A stretch of 64,000 nucleotides of DNA from Antedon mediterranea. Taxonomy: Eukaryota > Animalia > Echinodermata. Of this stretch, positions 36,601 to 49,959 are shown piece by piece. The notes under the pieces are model-generated. The model was not told the DNA's origin and ran no database searches. It was given only the letters and a program-made list of their open reading frames with translations. The DNA is taken from the NCBI RefSeq assembly GCF_964355755.1, contig NC_092673.1, positions 4,898,001 through 4,962,000 on the forward strand, given 5' to 3'. Both the position numbers and the translations under genes were made by a program. Position 1 is the first letter of the stretch, and each line of letters starts with the position of its first letter.

Positions 36601-39600
36601 CTATAAAAAAATTATTAATTAAAAAATTAAAAATAAAATTACAGATTTAAACAAAGAAAAGGGGAAAATACTAGAAGCAATGCTTCATAGCATATTTTAA
36701 ATTACTATAATAAATATTTTCTAAGCATCAGATTATTCTAATACTTTTGAAATTGTTATATAACACTTCAACCTTTAGCAAACATAACTTATGAACCACC
36801 ACAGATCCACAATACGCGGATGTTATATCTTTTTTTCATTAGCATATTAGTCTATGTGTATTTAATTTATTTAAATCATAATTGTAGATTTAAATCATAA
36901 TTGTGGATATTGGTATTTTATTATTCGTACGGCATTCGTCTGATTTTTGATAAAGGAATACGATAACTATGCACATTGTTGATAATATGATAATTATAAT
37001 AATATGATGAATCGCTATGTCCAGTATGTCGATTACAATGGTTTTGGGTAGAGACGCAGAGTTATTACGTGGCTATTCTAATTGTTATCTCGTCTACTTT
37101 ATGAGTCGAGGTCTAAGCTAGAAGCCTTCCTTAAATCGTGCATACCAAAACGTTTCTGTCTACTTTATCTTTAAAGTCCTGAAACTATTAAATTATTCAT
37201 TAAAGATGTACCAGTTTAGAGTTTGTTAATAATTCAGCAGAAAATATTTTCATCGTGAAATTTTTACTAACGTTCGTTTATTTACAATTTTTTTGTAATA
37301 AAAATTAAACCTAAATTAAATCCGATTAAATTGTGTGATAAAAGTATTATATAAAATTAAGGTTACGTAATACGGATTAGTTAGCCTGTAAAGCGCCATC
37401 TACGGCAATTGTTATAAAACGTCCCACCTGTTTGTGTTAAGATTAGTTTATTTCCTTAACGTCTACTTGCCAGGGTTTCTCCCGGGATCGAAGGGGGTAA
37501 AGTCAAGGCCACCAGGCCTAGAATTCAGCTGCAATTAATACTGCTTACAGATTAAATTTGATTTAGAACAAGATAATACCTATAATTCCAATAGTCAATA
37601 TACCTTTCTTACATAGAGTTCAACAATTTGAAACATTTCTAAATTGTTTGTTGTATATGCCATTTTAATGTCACATAATAGCTATTCACTTTGACTAAAA
37701 ATCGGATCGACAATAACAAATTATCTACCTGAAAACCATGTAATTTAAAGCATAAAAATAGTATAATTGGTTGGTTGAATTTAACCGTTTATTTTATCTT
37801 TTTATAGGCCTAAGTGAAAACATATTTTTTTTTTAATTATTTTTCTACGGCGAAATGAAAAATCTTTTTAAATTAATTTTCATTTTTTATGTTTTTGGGA
37901 CAATACATCTTTAATATAAGATAAATGTTAGTAGACCTACAATTAATTAGCACCCGTAATTAATGCATTAAAAAAAATGTGTTTAGTAGGCCTACAGCTT
38001 TGTTCTTTTGTTGTTGATTTTAGATCGACACACCGTGTAATATGGTTGCTCGTGACCCGGCTGTAGGCCTAGAATAATTTATAAACTGGTCGAACGAAAG
38101 AACAACCGATACGGTAAGTTAAGAAGAAGCACGAGACAAAGTTCATTACCAGGAAGTTACAGTACTGTAATATTTATGAAAATAACAAAAACAATGTAAT
38201 GTTGTTTTTCTTGCTTGGCATTAAGTTTAATCTGAGTCGTTGAAACAACGCGCAAACAGACTCGGTCGTCGGGGTCTAAACATCACGTTTGCGTACTTGC
38301 AGCATGCTTAAAGGAGTGATCTTGCCACTTTCCAAGATTCAATAAATAATCTTTAATCGCTCTTTTGACAAGGAATCTACCGGCGATATTATTGCGTTGC
38401 GCCTCTCCATTCGCGTCAACATGATTCAGATCAGGTGTGCGTTTCCAAGTGCCGTTCGTTTATCACGATTGCTTTTTGAAACAACAATCAACAATCGTGT
38501 TTATAATTGAACAACATCAATTCATGTTTTATCCGTTAGTTTATAAAATACTAAGAAACTTATCTGTAAGTTTGTAACATCCTCATTTGATACCGTAACT
38601 CGTTTATAAGTAAATTGCCCAATTATATTTCGTTAAAAAACGGAAGATGATTTATTGTGTAAAATTAATTAAATTAACGTGAACAATGGATATTACCGCT
38701 ACAGGAGAAGGGGATTGACCCTGTTAATTCTAGGAATTGACCCTATTTAGCCCCCTGGGATTTTGGGAACTACTGTTGGAAGACGATTACATTGGAAAGA
38801 TGGCTCAAAGTCTTTATCTGTAGGCGCACGCGGGTAAGTCAAGTATTCGTTAGCAGGCCAGTGGCGGATGTGTGCCCGAATATCGTGTGTTCGGTAACAA
38901 TACCTCCACATACATACAGGAGGTATGCTACGGAAATGATAAGGTTATTTGCGAGATTATACGGATGTAGAACGATTGATATAGCGGCTCTTTAACTTTA
39001 CGAACAATGCCTTATTATATCGTGCCCTCTGTCAAAAGTCCTATTCTATCGCTTCAAATGTAATACATATTCTACAGATTAAATAGTCAATTGACGATAT
39101 AATAACCAATCTTTATAGCTGTATACAGCTAGATATGCAATTGCTGTAAACGATAAATACTTATAATAACTTTTTTTTTACAATTAACGTGTATAATGTG
39201 CGGTTTTATTATCTATTTTTTTCTAAATAATTTCCTATATTCAACGTAATGCCTTCATATAATAAATTCATCATACTCGGTAACAATAGCCTTTAGATAT
39301 GGAAATCAAACCTAATACTCGGTACCGATAACATTATTTCATAATAAACGATATTCTCTGAGATTAAAGGCTGAAGTAAAATTAATATTTTCCAGCCATA
39401 TGGTTTAAAAGACTGGAATCAAGTTTCCTCATGTGTCCAGCAAAAGCGCCCTCTTTATATATTTTTTAGATTAATAAGTAAAAACTGTACTCTGGTACCC
39501 ATTTATACAACTTGGTGAAGAGAGGTCAGAAAAAGAAGTGTCGAAGGACACAAGAATGGACAGCGTGGGATTCGAACTCCCAACTTTTTTACGGTCAACA

Positions 39601-40311
39601 GTCCGGAACCCTCAAGCTACGCCAAATGACTTCCGCAGATTATGTTTTGATTTTCAATTGCGGCCTTTTTTTAAAGTGAACAATCTTTACGGCTACAAGC
39701 TGCTTAAAAGTCACTACTGCAGCATTGACTGAAACAGAAACATCCTTTAGGATTATACTTCGGTCAAAATGTTACAGTAACAGAGAGCAAAGAACAAATA
39801 TTGTGTTTATCACTCCCCGTCGTTTTTGCGGTTGTGCACACTTTCTGTTTAGTTACTGCGTTTCTTTTTGGTTTTACTTTATAGACTATTTTGACTTTAG
39901 TGAACCTGTAATTCATATAAATATATATATTATTTTAAGGTGTGCATATCACAATGTAGGGGAATGTACCGATGAAGTCGCACTTTCGCCACAATTCTTC
40001 ACGAGGAAACTGCAACCGTGCACTCTGTACTGGTGAACAGGAGGGTATTGTCCTTTGGGGAGCTCGTGATATCTGTACTGGTTTCTGTAAATTCTGTTTT
40101 CAATATTTGGTTCTCAATGACGCGCACGCGTTCTAAGTACAATAATTCGACAAATAAGAAGCAACGCTCCGACTCCCAATTGTGCGGTTTGTGATTTGCC
40201 AAAATTACGTACGTTGCGCATATGTTTTTTCTTGCGTCCTGGGAGCCGAACTTACATTCTGAATTTTATTCTTAAATGTTCTTTCTAATATTCTTGACTT
40301 GTTCCACTTTA

Positions 40312-40685
40312 TTAGGCTTTCCCTCTGGAGTCGCGCTTACGTTTTTAGGCTTGCCTTGCACTCTGGAATAGAGCTTAAGTGTTTAAACTTAGTCCTCTGG
40401 AGTCGCGCTTACGTTTTTAAGCTTGCCCTCTGGAGTCGCGCCTGCGTTTTTAGGCTTAGCCCTCTGGAGTCATGCTTAAGTAGGCTTGAACTCTGGGGTC
40501 TTGCTTATATTGTTTAGGTTTAGCCCTCTGGAGTAGAGGTTAAGTTTTTAGGCTCAGCCGTCTGGCGTTATGCTTAGTTTTTAGCTAACTCTCCGAAGTT
40601 GCACTTAAGTTTTTAGGATTAGCCCTTTGGAGTGGCGCTTAATGTTTTTAGGCTTGGCCCTCTTGAGAAGTGCTTAACTTGTAGG
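40312..40685. repeat. Degenerate minisatellite, about 33-bp unit TTAGGCTTAGCCCTCTGGAGTCGCGCTTACGTT
   Basis: About 11 diverged tandem copies. Confidence 0.85.
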
Positions 40686-43600
40686 CATGTGTCATGTGAA
40701 TATCACACATATTCATTGGATTTCTATCAATACAATTCTGAATATCTTTTCCAATTGTATTATCATATTGATCGGTATAGATGTTGGCGAAAACGAAAGC
40801 AAAAGTGACATGCTAAATATATTTTTTAACTATAGTAAAACTTCCGTGTTTAAGTTGTAAACAAACATTCGCGTATCATGGGACGCTAATATTGCTGGTG
40901 ACGAAAGACCTTGTTTTGACCACATTATCGGACGCATCGGCTAAAATGATTCAGTTCGAGATCAACTGGAATCCTATGGATATGCGTGCGGAGAGACTTC
41001 CCAAGCTCAGACCTCTCGTCTCCATGTTTTTCCAGGTTCAGGGTAAATAGGATGTTCGCTTTAGCGCGCTGTCTGTGTCGTCCGGTATCACGTGGGACAT
41101 ATTACTTCCTTTAGCGCGCCGATACATACCAACAACTACCCAAATGGACCTAGATAATAATAACATTCATACTATAAAGTACAACACACTTTTAAGTAAT
41201 GTTTCGTAACCTAAATATCTAAATTTAAAGTCCGTGTTGTTAAACAGGAAGCATCTTGGCGGTGAAAACAGATCATGATACGATAATTCAAGGACTGTGG
41301 TCGAATTTTTGGGAATTACTTTAACACCCAGGTTTACCTACATTCCAAACAACACATTTTCCCAATGTTAACATTATGTTTTGAATGAAATTCCGTAATC
41401 GTAATTGCAGCAACCAGGATTTCGAACGTCCAGAACAACGGCTTGTTGAAACATTCGTTGCCTATAGCATCGAGAGGTAACGAATACATTAATTTTACCT
41501 CCATGGTTATAAGGTGTATGAGCACATTATAATCGCCAAAATTAAGATTTGACACTCAAAAGATTCATCATTAAAAAAATTATTTTGATAACTCTCAACA
41601 CAAATGTTGTACTAGGCCTATGACTTTAAAATAAGTTACAAATAGGCCTAAGACCTAAGAAATTTGCATCATATCCATCCGTGGTCAAAATTTGTCAAAT
41701 TCAGCACGTGTGTTCTTTAATATAGGCCTACGTTTTATTGAAAAAAATAGTATAGGCCTAGTTGTCATCTAGGTCCTGTGTTGTTAGCCTTGTAAATTTA
41801 AAATCATTCAACGTTTTGAGTCCTATCAACTGCAGTCCCTGTATCCTCTGTTGTGTCCCGTAAAGTTTACCATGTAACAGGCCTAGGCCTAATGGGTATT
41901 TTTGTTATGTTTGCTCTATCAATTGGTTAGCTAAAAAGGTCAATAATGCATCATTACCTTTTATTTGCAATGTCTATAATGAACACTTATTAACAATACA
42001 ATACACTTAATAGCTTATCGTTTTATAATTGACAGGTTTTATTGAAAAAACTCGTCAAGTTTCAAGACAAATTTGTGTTTACTTAACAATCGAAATTAAG
42101 ATATTAAAGAAAGCGTAATTCGAGTATTGAAACATTAAACGTTAAATGATATTGTATCTTACTTGAACACACGAAGTAAAAAATGATAGTTGTGGGAGTT
42201 GGTTTTTAGCTATAGCTAAGTCGGACGTCTGTTTTTGTCAATCGATATCGAAAAATTCTTTTCAAAACTAAAAACACTTTAAATAAAGAAGATGATAGTC
42301 ACTTTGTTCTAATTGGGGCTGCAAATTGATATCGAAAATATTTTTCAATTTTTAAAGATAATTCGAGGTCTATGCCTTAAAAAAGTAGTTTGTTTAAAAT
42401 ACTTGGTCAGTATTTAAAAGAGCAGACATATTTATTAAATGTTTAAGCATGAACTTGGCTATCCATTCTACTTCCTAAGACCTAAACAAAATTAAATAAA
42501 ATGGTTGCTTTATTTAGATGTCAACTCATTAATTACAACAACCAACGACTTTGTAGCAGAACGTCGGATATGACCTATCTAATTTTAAAAGATTAAACAC
42601 GGTATTCGGTCACCTCTTTAAATTATCAATCAATCAGTGAGTCAATCAAACGATTTCAAATGACCATAATAGGTCAACAAGTTATGGCTTAAAGGTAAAC
42701 ATTCACAGACAATTACTTGTTAAATTGTAATTTTGTTGTTTTTCCATAGCCTTGTAAATAGCTTAAGCCAAGAATGTTATATTCACACTAAAAAGTCTGT
42801 CGGTCTACGCAAATAAAATAGAACTAAAAAGAGAACAAATTAAATAGTAACTAAAAGTGTAACAGAGACAAATTTTCTAAAAAATAAAGTTACATAATAT
42901 TTTCACCCAAAATAAAATTAGGAAAACGGTATGTTAGAAAGATTGTTTTAGACTGGATTTAGGCCTAATTGACTTCCCTTTTGATTCTGATTATTTTGTA
43001 CATTATTTTATTTTGTTAATCTTTATAACTTTTTTCTATTTAATTTTTATTGTTTGCATGTTTATGACTTGTAATATTGTATTTTTTAATAATAATAATA
43101 ATAATAATAATAATTTAATATTTAGGCCTATCTATTTCTATTTTTTTACTGTCCCTATATAAAATAAATATAATTTTCTGGGGCCGCAAGAAAACGTTCT
43201 GATAGTAATAACAATAACAATAATATGGTGATTAAATATTTGAAAGCTACCGTATGAATTGAATTGTGAGTGACTTATAATCACATATTTAAGTACGATG
43301 TCAAATATATCATTGAAGTATGCAACATTATATTTGAAGCAAATTTGTGCCGTATCATGATCAATGTATTTAGACATAATTAAAATAAATTTTGTTCATT
43401 TCCTTTTGAATAAGAAATCGTCAATTCTGCCTATTAGTGCGATTGATTTAAACTTCTGTTCAGATGTCGAGTCAAGTCACATACGGTACTTTTGAATGAT
43501 TGACAACGATTAATTGTATGTATCGTCACACAGTTCGTGTTCGCTAAGTTTCTTCAAATCTATGGTGAAATTATCCGCGAATTATGATGAAGACGTCAAC

Positions 43601-45447
43601 ATTATCATTGTGATTTGTCAAGCAAAATAACTTTTCCTGCCGTGTTAGAAAACTCATTTTCTAATTTGTTTCCAAGGCTTCGACTCGTCAAAGTTGTCAA
43701 GTATGAAATTATACATTTTTTCTAAAGTTCGTTCGTCAATCCATCAAGTAAAGTTTCAATCGTATACGGACGGACGTACTTTAAATTCCATTTAACTTTG
43801 GCAAATATGAGTCGTAAAATGAACTAAATTCAATGTTTATGTGAGATAACTTGAATTACATTATGCTAGGGAATCAGGTCGGTGTAATAATGGGGCACAG
43901 TACTACCGAAATTTACTCGGCTTCATTTAGGCCTAAAGAAGAAACACATTTAAATTTATAGATACATATTAATAGCAAGCCAATGGTAACGAATAGTTTT
44001 TATTTGTGTCTAAATATTCTTATTATCTATATAAAAAGTCACTTTTAATATTAAAAAAACAATAAATAATAAATAACATAATTTTTTTAATTCAAAAGTA
44101 AATCAGGTTAAAAAAATAAAACATTCACAAATAAAAATTATAGAAAAGATCATCCAATCTACATGGTAGATGGATGAATTTATTGTATTAACCACGTGAC
44201 TATGTGGCGTCGGTTTATTTATATATAGGCCTACTGTATATATTTTTTTCTTTATATTTATAATAATGTAGACACTTGTAATTTGTTTTGATCTATGGAG
44301 AATTTTGTACTCTGTGTTCTTTTTTCCGAAATAAAAGATGAAATGAAATGAAATGTAGTTTTCATCTTCTTTCTTTCATTCTCTAATTGAAAAATATCTA
44401 GGCATAGGCCTACTACAGAAGAAAGGGGATATCATTTGAACCCTTTGGACCACCGTTTGTCCCCTTAAGTAGTGTCCACTGAATAGTTGGCCATGTGTTT
44501 TATTTATTTATTTATTGGACATCACAGTGGCACAGACTGTCGTTAGTGGTACAACCAAAACAAATGAGCAAAATAATTAAAGGAAACAAAACAAAAGCAA
44601 CGGAAAAATAAATATATACATATTTAAAGCTATTTTAAAAACTATAAACTATAAAACCTGGAGGATAGCTCCATGTTTAAACTAAGTAATAAAAATTAAG
44701 AGCGAAATATTACAAATAATAATCACTGTGTTAAAACACAATTTTCTTGTTCTAGTTATGTGGATGCGTGTCCAGAAAAAAAAGTTGTTATACTGTATAT
44801 TTTCAGTATAAATACACATATATCCTCACATTTTCACCCAGAAATATTGTTATATCATTGCGATTAATCCTCAAAAGTACTTCGACATGAGTGTTCATAA
44901 ATGACATACAGTAGTTTTGAATATTATCTCACCATATAGGGCCATGTATAGGTTATTGATGCTTAATGTACCGTATCTTCTCATAACTTTATCCGGACCT
45001 ATTATACGATCAATCAATTTTAACATAAATCGCCAAGTGTTGTACTTTTACATGTAGATTGTTAATATCATATCATAAAAGGTCACTTTGTAGAAAATCC
45101 CCTGTAAGGTCATTCGATGCATCATGGCGTCTATTGCCGTGTAAGTTTGCTTAAGAATTATTGGACTTCATTAAACTCTTCCATACAAAGTCCACAGGGA
45201 ATTCTACCTAGTAGAGATTGACAGTATGAATTTTAAGTATTTAGAAAGAATCCCATATTAAATCTTCATATTAATATTATTGACATGTTGTTCAGACGGA
45301 ACAGTCAAATTGTCTGCTGACAATTACCGATGTTATCCTTCCCTAGGCAAGCTAAAATGAGCAAAGGGTCTGAGTAGGCCTAAGTTTTTTTTTATTGCAC
45401 ATCATGAAACAGCTTTCATTCGTGTACCGGTACCGCTCATTGACTAA

Positions 45448-45656
45448 AGTTTGGTTCCCACTAGCGACGCAACGTTACACAATCTACGCAACGTAAGGAA
45501 ATGCGCTTCCAATAATTGTGTTTGCCACCGCCTGCGTGAAATCAAACCTGCGATGTTTGCGCAGCACTATTGCGTCGTCGGTTCCAACTTGTGATTACGC
45601 AATAAAACACTTTGCGTCGATAAGTCGCTGCGTTACGTTCTAGTGGGAACCACGCT
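45448..45656. mobile_element. MITE family 2, variant subfamily
   Basis: TGGTTCCCACTAGCGACGCAAC / GTTACGTTCTAGTGGGAACCA TIRs, TWA flanks. Confidence 0.85.
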
Positions 45657-46186
45657 TTAATACTTACATTGTAATACCATGCAGTATAGTAGTTTATTAA
45701 CTTTTTACACCACATGTACCGTATACCAATACCGTCCTTTGATAAAAAGAAATTAACTTGAGAAACAGCCGAGGTTTGTTAGCTCTTCTACCATAGTCCT
45801 TGTTCAATTCATTTAGGCCTACAAATGCCTATGGAATGTAGTAGTTTTAATACATACCTTGCAATCCTAGAATAATTGTCATACAGGCCTATCGTTATTT
45901 CTGTAGTTGTATCTGACTGCTATATTTTACTTTAGTTTAGTATTTAGACTGATAGGCCTAATAATACAATTGTTGCAGGATTTGTTTTATAATTACTTTG
46001 GATTATTATTAGGGCAATTAAAATTAGGTACTCGGAAATTGTGGTTTATATATTTCATTTTGCAAAAATTGTTCCGGTTATTTCATTTTTGGTTATTAGT
46101 ATCCTTGCCAAGCTCAGCCTTTATACTATACTGTACGGTACCGTAGTAAATGTATTATTATCATCGCAAGATAAGTGGTACACTAA

Positions 46187-46318
46187 AGCTTGGTTCCCAT
46201 TAGCGACGCAACGTAACGCAACCTACGCAACGTAAGAAAATGACCTTCCAATAATTGTGTTTGCCCCCGCCTGCGTGAAATGAAAAAGCGGCAGCAGTAT
46301 TGCGTCGTCGGTTCCCAT

Positions 46319-46353
<35 letters not shown>

Positions 46354-46517
46354 TATATTTATACAGGATAAAACAATCAGATAACATTGTATCTGTTTTA
46401 CATTGTGGTCCTGTCTTAATCAAAATATACAAAAGAGAAACTTAATTAAATATAATTACGCAATACATCACTTTGCGTCGATATGTCGCTGCGTTGCGTT
46501 CTAGTGGGAACCACGCT
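46187..46517. mobile_element. MITE family 2 variant, interrupted by a LINE/SINE 3' end (46321-46452, - strand)
   Basis: Colinear with 45448-45656 except for an about 130-bp insert with an (AAT)n tail. Confidence 0.8.
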
Positions 46518-47277
46518 TTACGTTCGGTTCCCACTATAACGCAACGCAAGAACGTAACGAAACGCAAGTAATTAAATACAGGCCTATTATTTGAACTGTT
46601 ATTATTTTGCGTTGCGCCTATAGGTAGTTACCATACGTTGCGTACTTAGAAATGAATGTTTAAAATAAGTACAGCTTACAAAATAAGAAAGTAATTATGA
46701 TGTCTACGTTTGTTTCTTTGGAAAGTTTTGATTTTTATTGTACCATTTTTCATGAACCAAGTTGCAATTTGATAAAATATGTTAAATGCTTTGTAAATTT
46801 GTAGAGCTTAGTCATTACGCCACAGAGTACCCTGTTAGGGTCAATCAAACTGATTGACAGTGCGAATGACACATTCTAAGGGGTCTGAATAATTGAGCTG
46901 TACCCTTTCTTTATTTAGATCGTCAGAGCCGTTTCTGATGAATCAAAAGTCACCCTTTGTAATTATTGTTGATATACAAGTTACATATAGACCCGATTGT
47001 GTACTTACTTTGAACAGTCCTACTGTGATTGCACAATTCAGTTAGCATTGTTTATTTCAATATTTTATTAATCTTCCTTAAAATACAATGTTTCCATGAT
47101 TAACAACCAATCGATAGCCGTATTGATAATATTCTCCATTTAATGACAAAAGCGCAAAGAGACCTGAACGTAATCAACAATCTCTAGGCCTAGATTTTTA
47201 TTTAAATAAACAGCATCTTACGTCAAAGTCATTAGCAATAACATTTTAGTTATCATAAACCAAAAAAATATAAACAT

Positions 47278-48065
47278 TTGCATCATCAACAAAATCTCCA
47301 TTCAACATCTTCGTTGTCATCAACAACAACACATTCGTCATCGTCAACAACATGTTCGTCATCGTCAACAACATATTCGTCATCTTCAACAACATATTTG
47401 TCATCTTCAACAACATATTCGCCATTTTCAACAACATATTCGCCATCTTCATCAACAAATTCGTCGTCATCAACAACAACATTCGTCATCATCTTCAACA
47501 ACCATGTGAGTGAGTGGCCGAGCGGTTAAGACAGTGGAACCGTAATTACGTAGCCATAACATCGGCATGGGTTCGAGGCTCACTCACTCCATGGTTCTGG
47601 TGGTAGAACGAGTCTTCTCGGATAAGGACTATAAACCGTAGGTCCAGTGTACACATCTAGCTCCTGTGCACTTTAAAGAACCTAGTACATCTTTCGAGAC
47701 GAGTAGGGGGTTACCCCGGTGTATTAGTACATCACAGCCACTGATCACCAACTGGGCCCTCTGGGAGACCAGTCTTTGACTGAAGAGGTTACCCAGTATA
47801 AATATATATATTTCAATCAACAACATAATAATTATTCGTCTTCATCAACAACATCTTCGTCATCTTCAACAACATATTCGTCATCAACATAATTTCATCA
47901 TTTAGTATTCACCTTTGAATCAACAACATTTGCGTCAACAACAAAATCATCATCAACACAATCTTTATCATTAATAACATCTTGATGTCATCACCAATTT
48001 CGTCATCGTCAACATCTTCGTTATAAACACAATTTTTGAAAACACCTAATCACTACGTCAGCATC
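47278..48065. repeat. Low-complexity (CAT/CAA/CGT)n minisatellite, interrupted by a SINE
   Basis: ATTCGTCATCTTCAACAACAT-type units on both sides of 47503-47811. Confidence 0.85.
47503..47811 (+). mobile_element. tRNA-derived SINE with a Deu/Nin-like central domain
   Basis: A box TGGCCGAGCGG, B box GGTTCGAGGC, core CGGATAAGGACTATAAACCGTAGGTCC...TAAAGAACC...GAGTAGGGGGTTACCCCGGTGT, (TA)n tail. Confidence 0.8.
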
Positions 48066-48073
48066 ATTTCTAA

Positions 48074-48366
48074 AGCGTGGTTCCCACTAGCGACGCAACG
48101 CAAGGACGTAACGCAACGCACATGAATTGACCAATCACAAGCGATGGCTTATTCGCTTGTGATTGCTAACTGTCTATAACTTCGCTTGTCAGTGGTTAAA
48201 ACGCTTGCGTTGCGTTTACGTCCTTGCGTTACGTTCTAGTGGGAACCAAGCTTATAAATGCTTGCGTTGCGTTTACGTCCTTGCCTTACGTTCTAGTGGG
48301 AACCAAGCTTATAAACGCTTGCGTTGCGTTTACGTCCTTGCGTTACGTTCTAGTGGGAACCAAGCT
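48074..48366. mobile_element. MITE family 2 copy with a triplicated right terminus
   Basis: TAA flanks; the about 57-bp GCTTGCGTTGCGTTTACGTCC...GGGAACCAAGCTTA unit occurs three times. Confidence 0.85.
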
Positions 48367-49746
48367 TAATGATTATAATACCCCAGTTCCATAACAAATA
48401 TACAACAATCTTAATTCAAAACTGTACATTTTATTGCAAATACAATACTGCATTGCACAACACATAGCGTGTATACAACAAGAATAAAAACAAAATCAAA
48501 ATATGTAACAACTCAATAGTAAACTATGTACAACATACACAACAAAAATAAAAACGTCTTTAAGGCCTGAGTGTCAATGATATTTGGTTGTTGTATCATA
48601 TTATCAGTTTCTTAACTAACTGAAACTTTTCAAATCAATAACATAAATCAAATATGCATAAGGATGCTGTATAAATACGGTAGAGGGCGCTTAATGGGTC
48701 GAGTTTTTTTAAGGCTACGGTATATCATACTGTAAAGATATTATATTCTATGGTTAAAGCAATTTAAAATGTTAAATTCAATACATTAATACTTTTTTTT
48801 ATACTACCGATTGATTTGATTAATTATTATAGAAAACTGTTTCAATGGGTCAACATAATTTACTTTTGACGAAAAGATTAATGTGTTGATGACCAAAAAT
48901 ACCTAAACAATCAGAAAATCCTCAATGATTTGGCCTATATTACTATTTCAGGCTCATCACAGCCTAAGTTGCTGGAATATTCAAAGTACTGTATATGGAA
49001 TTTCTATTGTAATTAAAATACATGTTCCTTCCCATAACAGAGGCTAAGATAGACCACGCATTGTAACGATCTTCCTAAAGACTTCCGTAAAGGAAATGTT
49101 ATTCAGCTCGGCATTAACAACGAAACGATTTTCCATACAATAAAAGACCAGGAGGTCATATCGGTAGATAACAGAGTAAACTTTAAATGAGTTGGCATTT
49201 TGCCCTAATTCAAATACAAAATTGCGGATAGTTTTTTAACTAATCCGAACAACCATTTATAGAAATTAATTGATACATCAAATAACATTACCATTATTAC
49301 CAAGTCAAACTGATTTTACATTTTATGTTAACAATTTGTACGAATTATTTTGAATAAGCCAAGCTTATTTTCCATCACTAATAATTAACACCATTACAAT
49401 GATGTTTATCATTATTCATGAGAGCGCCATGAACCTAGAAATCTTCCACCAGGTTCTTTGAGGAAAAGCAACGATGTTAAATACAGCTTCTTCTTCTACA
49501 ACATTTTAGGTTCTGTACATGGAATGATCGTCCACATGTTTAGAACTCGATTCAAACTGTTTTATTTTTCTCGGATTAACAAAACTTCATATATGGAATG
49601 CCAGTACATTGTCAAATTTGGTCAAATAATGACGTTGATAAGACTCCGTTTCAAAAACAAGTTGGTTGTCTGTTTGCACTGCAGACAGAGGCAGTGGTTG
49701 TCGTATCTTGTCATACTTTGGTTGATATTACAATAATACATTAGTG

Positions 49747-49959
49747 TCAATCATTTTTTAAAACATCAATTTCTAAGTTATCTGTCCGGCAGCCGTTTAT
49801 GATACTGTTGATGTTGCAATTGTTGTTGTTATAGTTACACGTATTGTTCATGTTTTCATCCGCTACGTTTATGCCTAGTAATTCATCTGTTGGAGGATCG
49901 TCAAGAGATTTCAACATATCTTTTTCATCTTTGCAGTCATCTTTACCAGTTGGGCTTTC
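49747..49959 (-). CDS. HHEX: Hhex exon 4 (acidic/Asn-rich C-terminus ESPTGKDDCKDEKD...LEIDVLKND*)
   Basis: TTTTTTTAG| acceptor, phase 0, open to TGA at 49749-49747. Confidence 0.85.
   Translation of the reverse strand, partial: ESPTGKDDCKDEKDMLKSLDDPPTDELLGINVADENMNNTCNYNNNNCNINSIINGCRTDNLEIDVLKND

Noticed and set aside
46895-46930. Third hammerhead candidate (CTGACGA...GAAA on the minus strand)
   Set aside because: Stems I and II cannot form properly around the core
47246-47529. Acidic or Ser/Thr-rich ORFs
   Set aside because: Low-complexity trinucleotide-like repeat
47510-47590. tRNA gene
   Set aside because: A and B boxes are present but there is no complete cloverleaf; the sequence continues into a SINE body and tail
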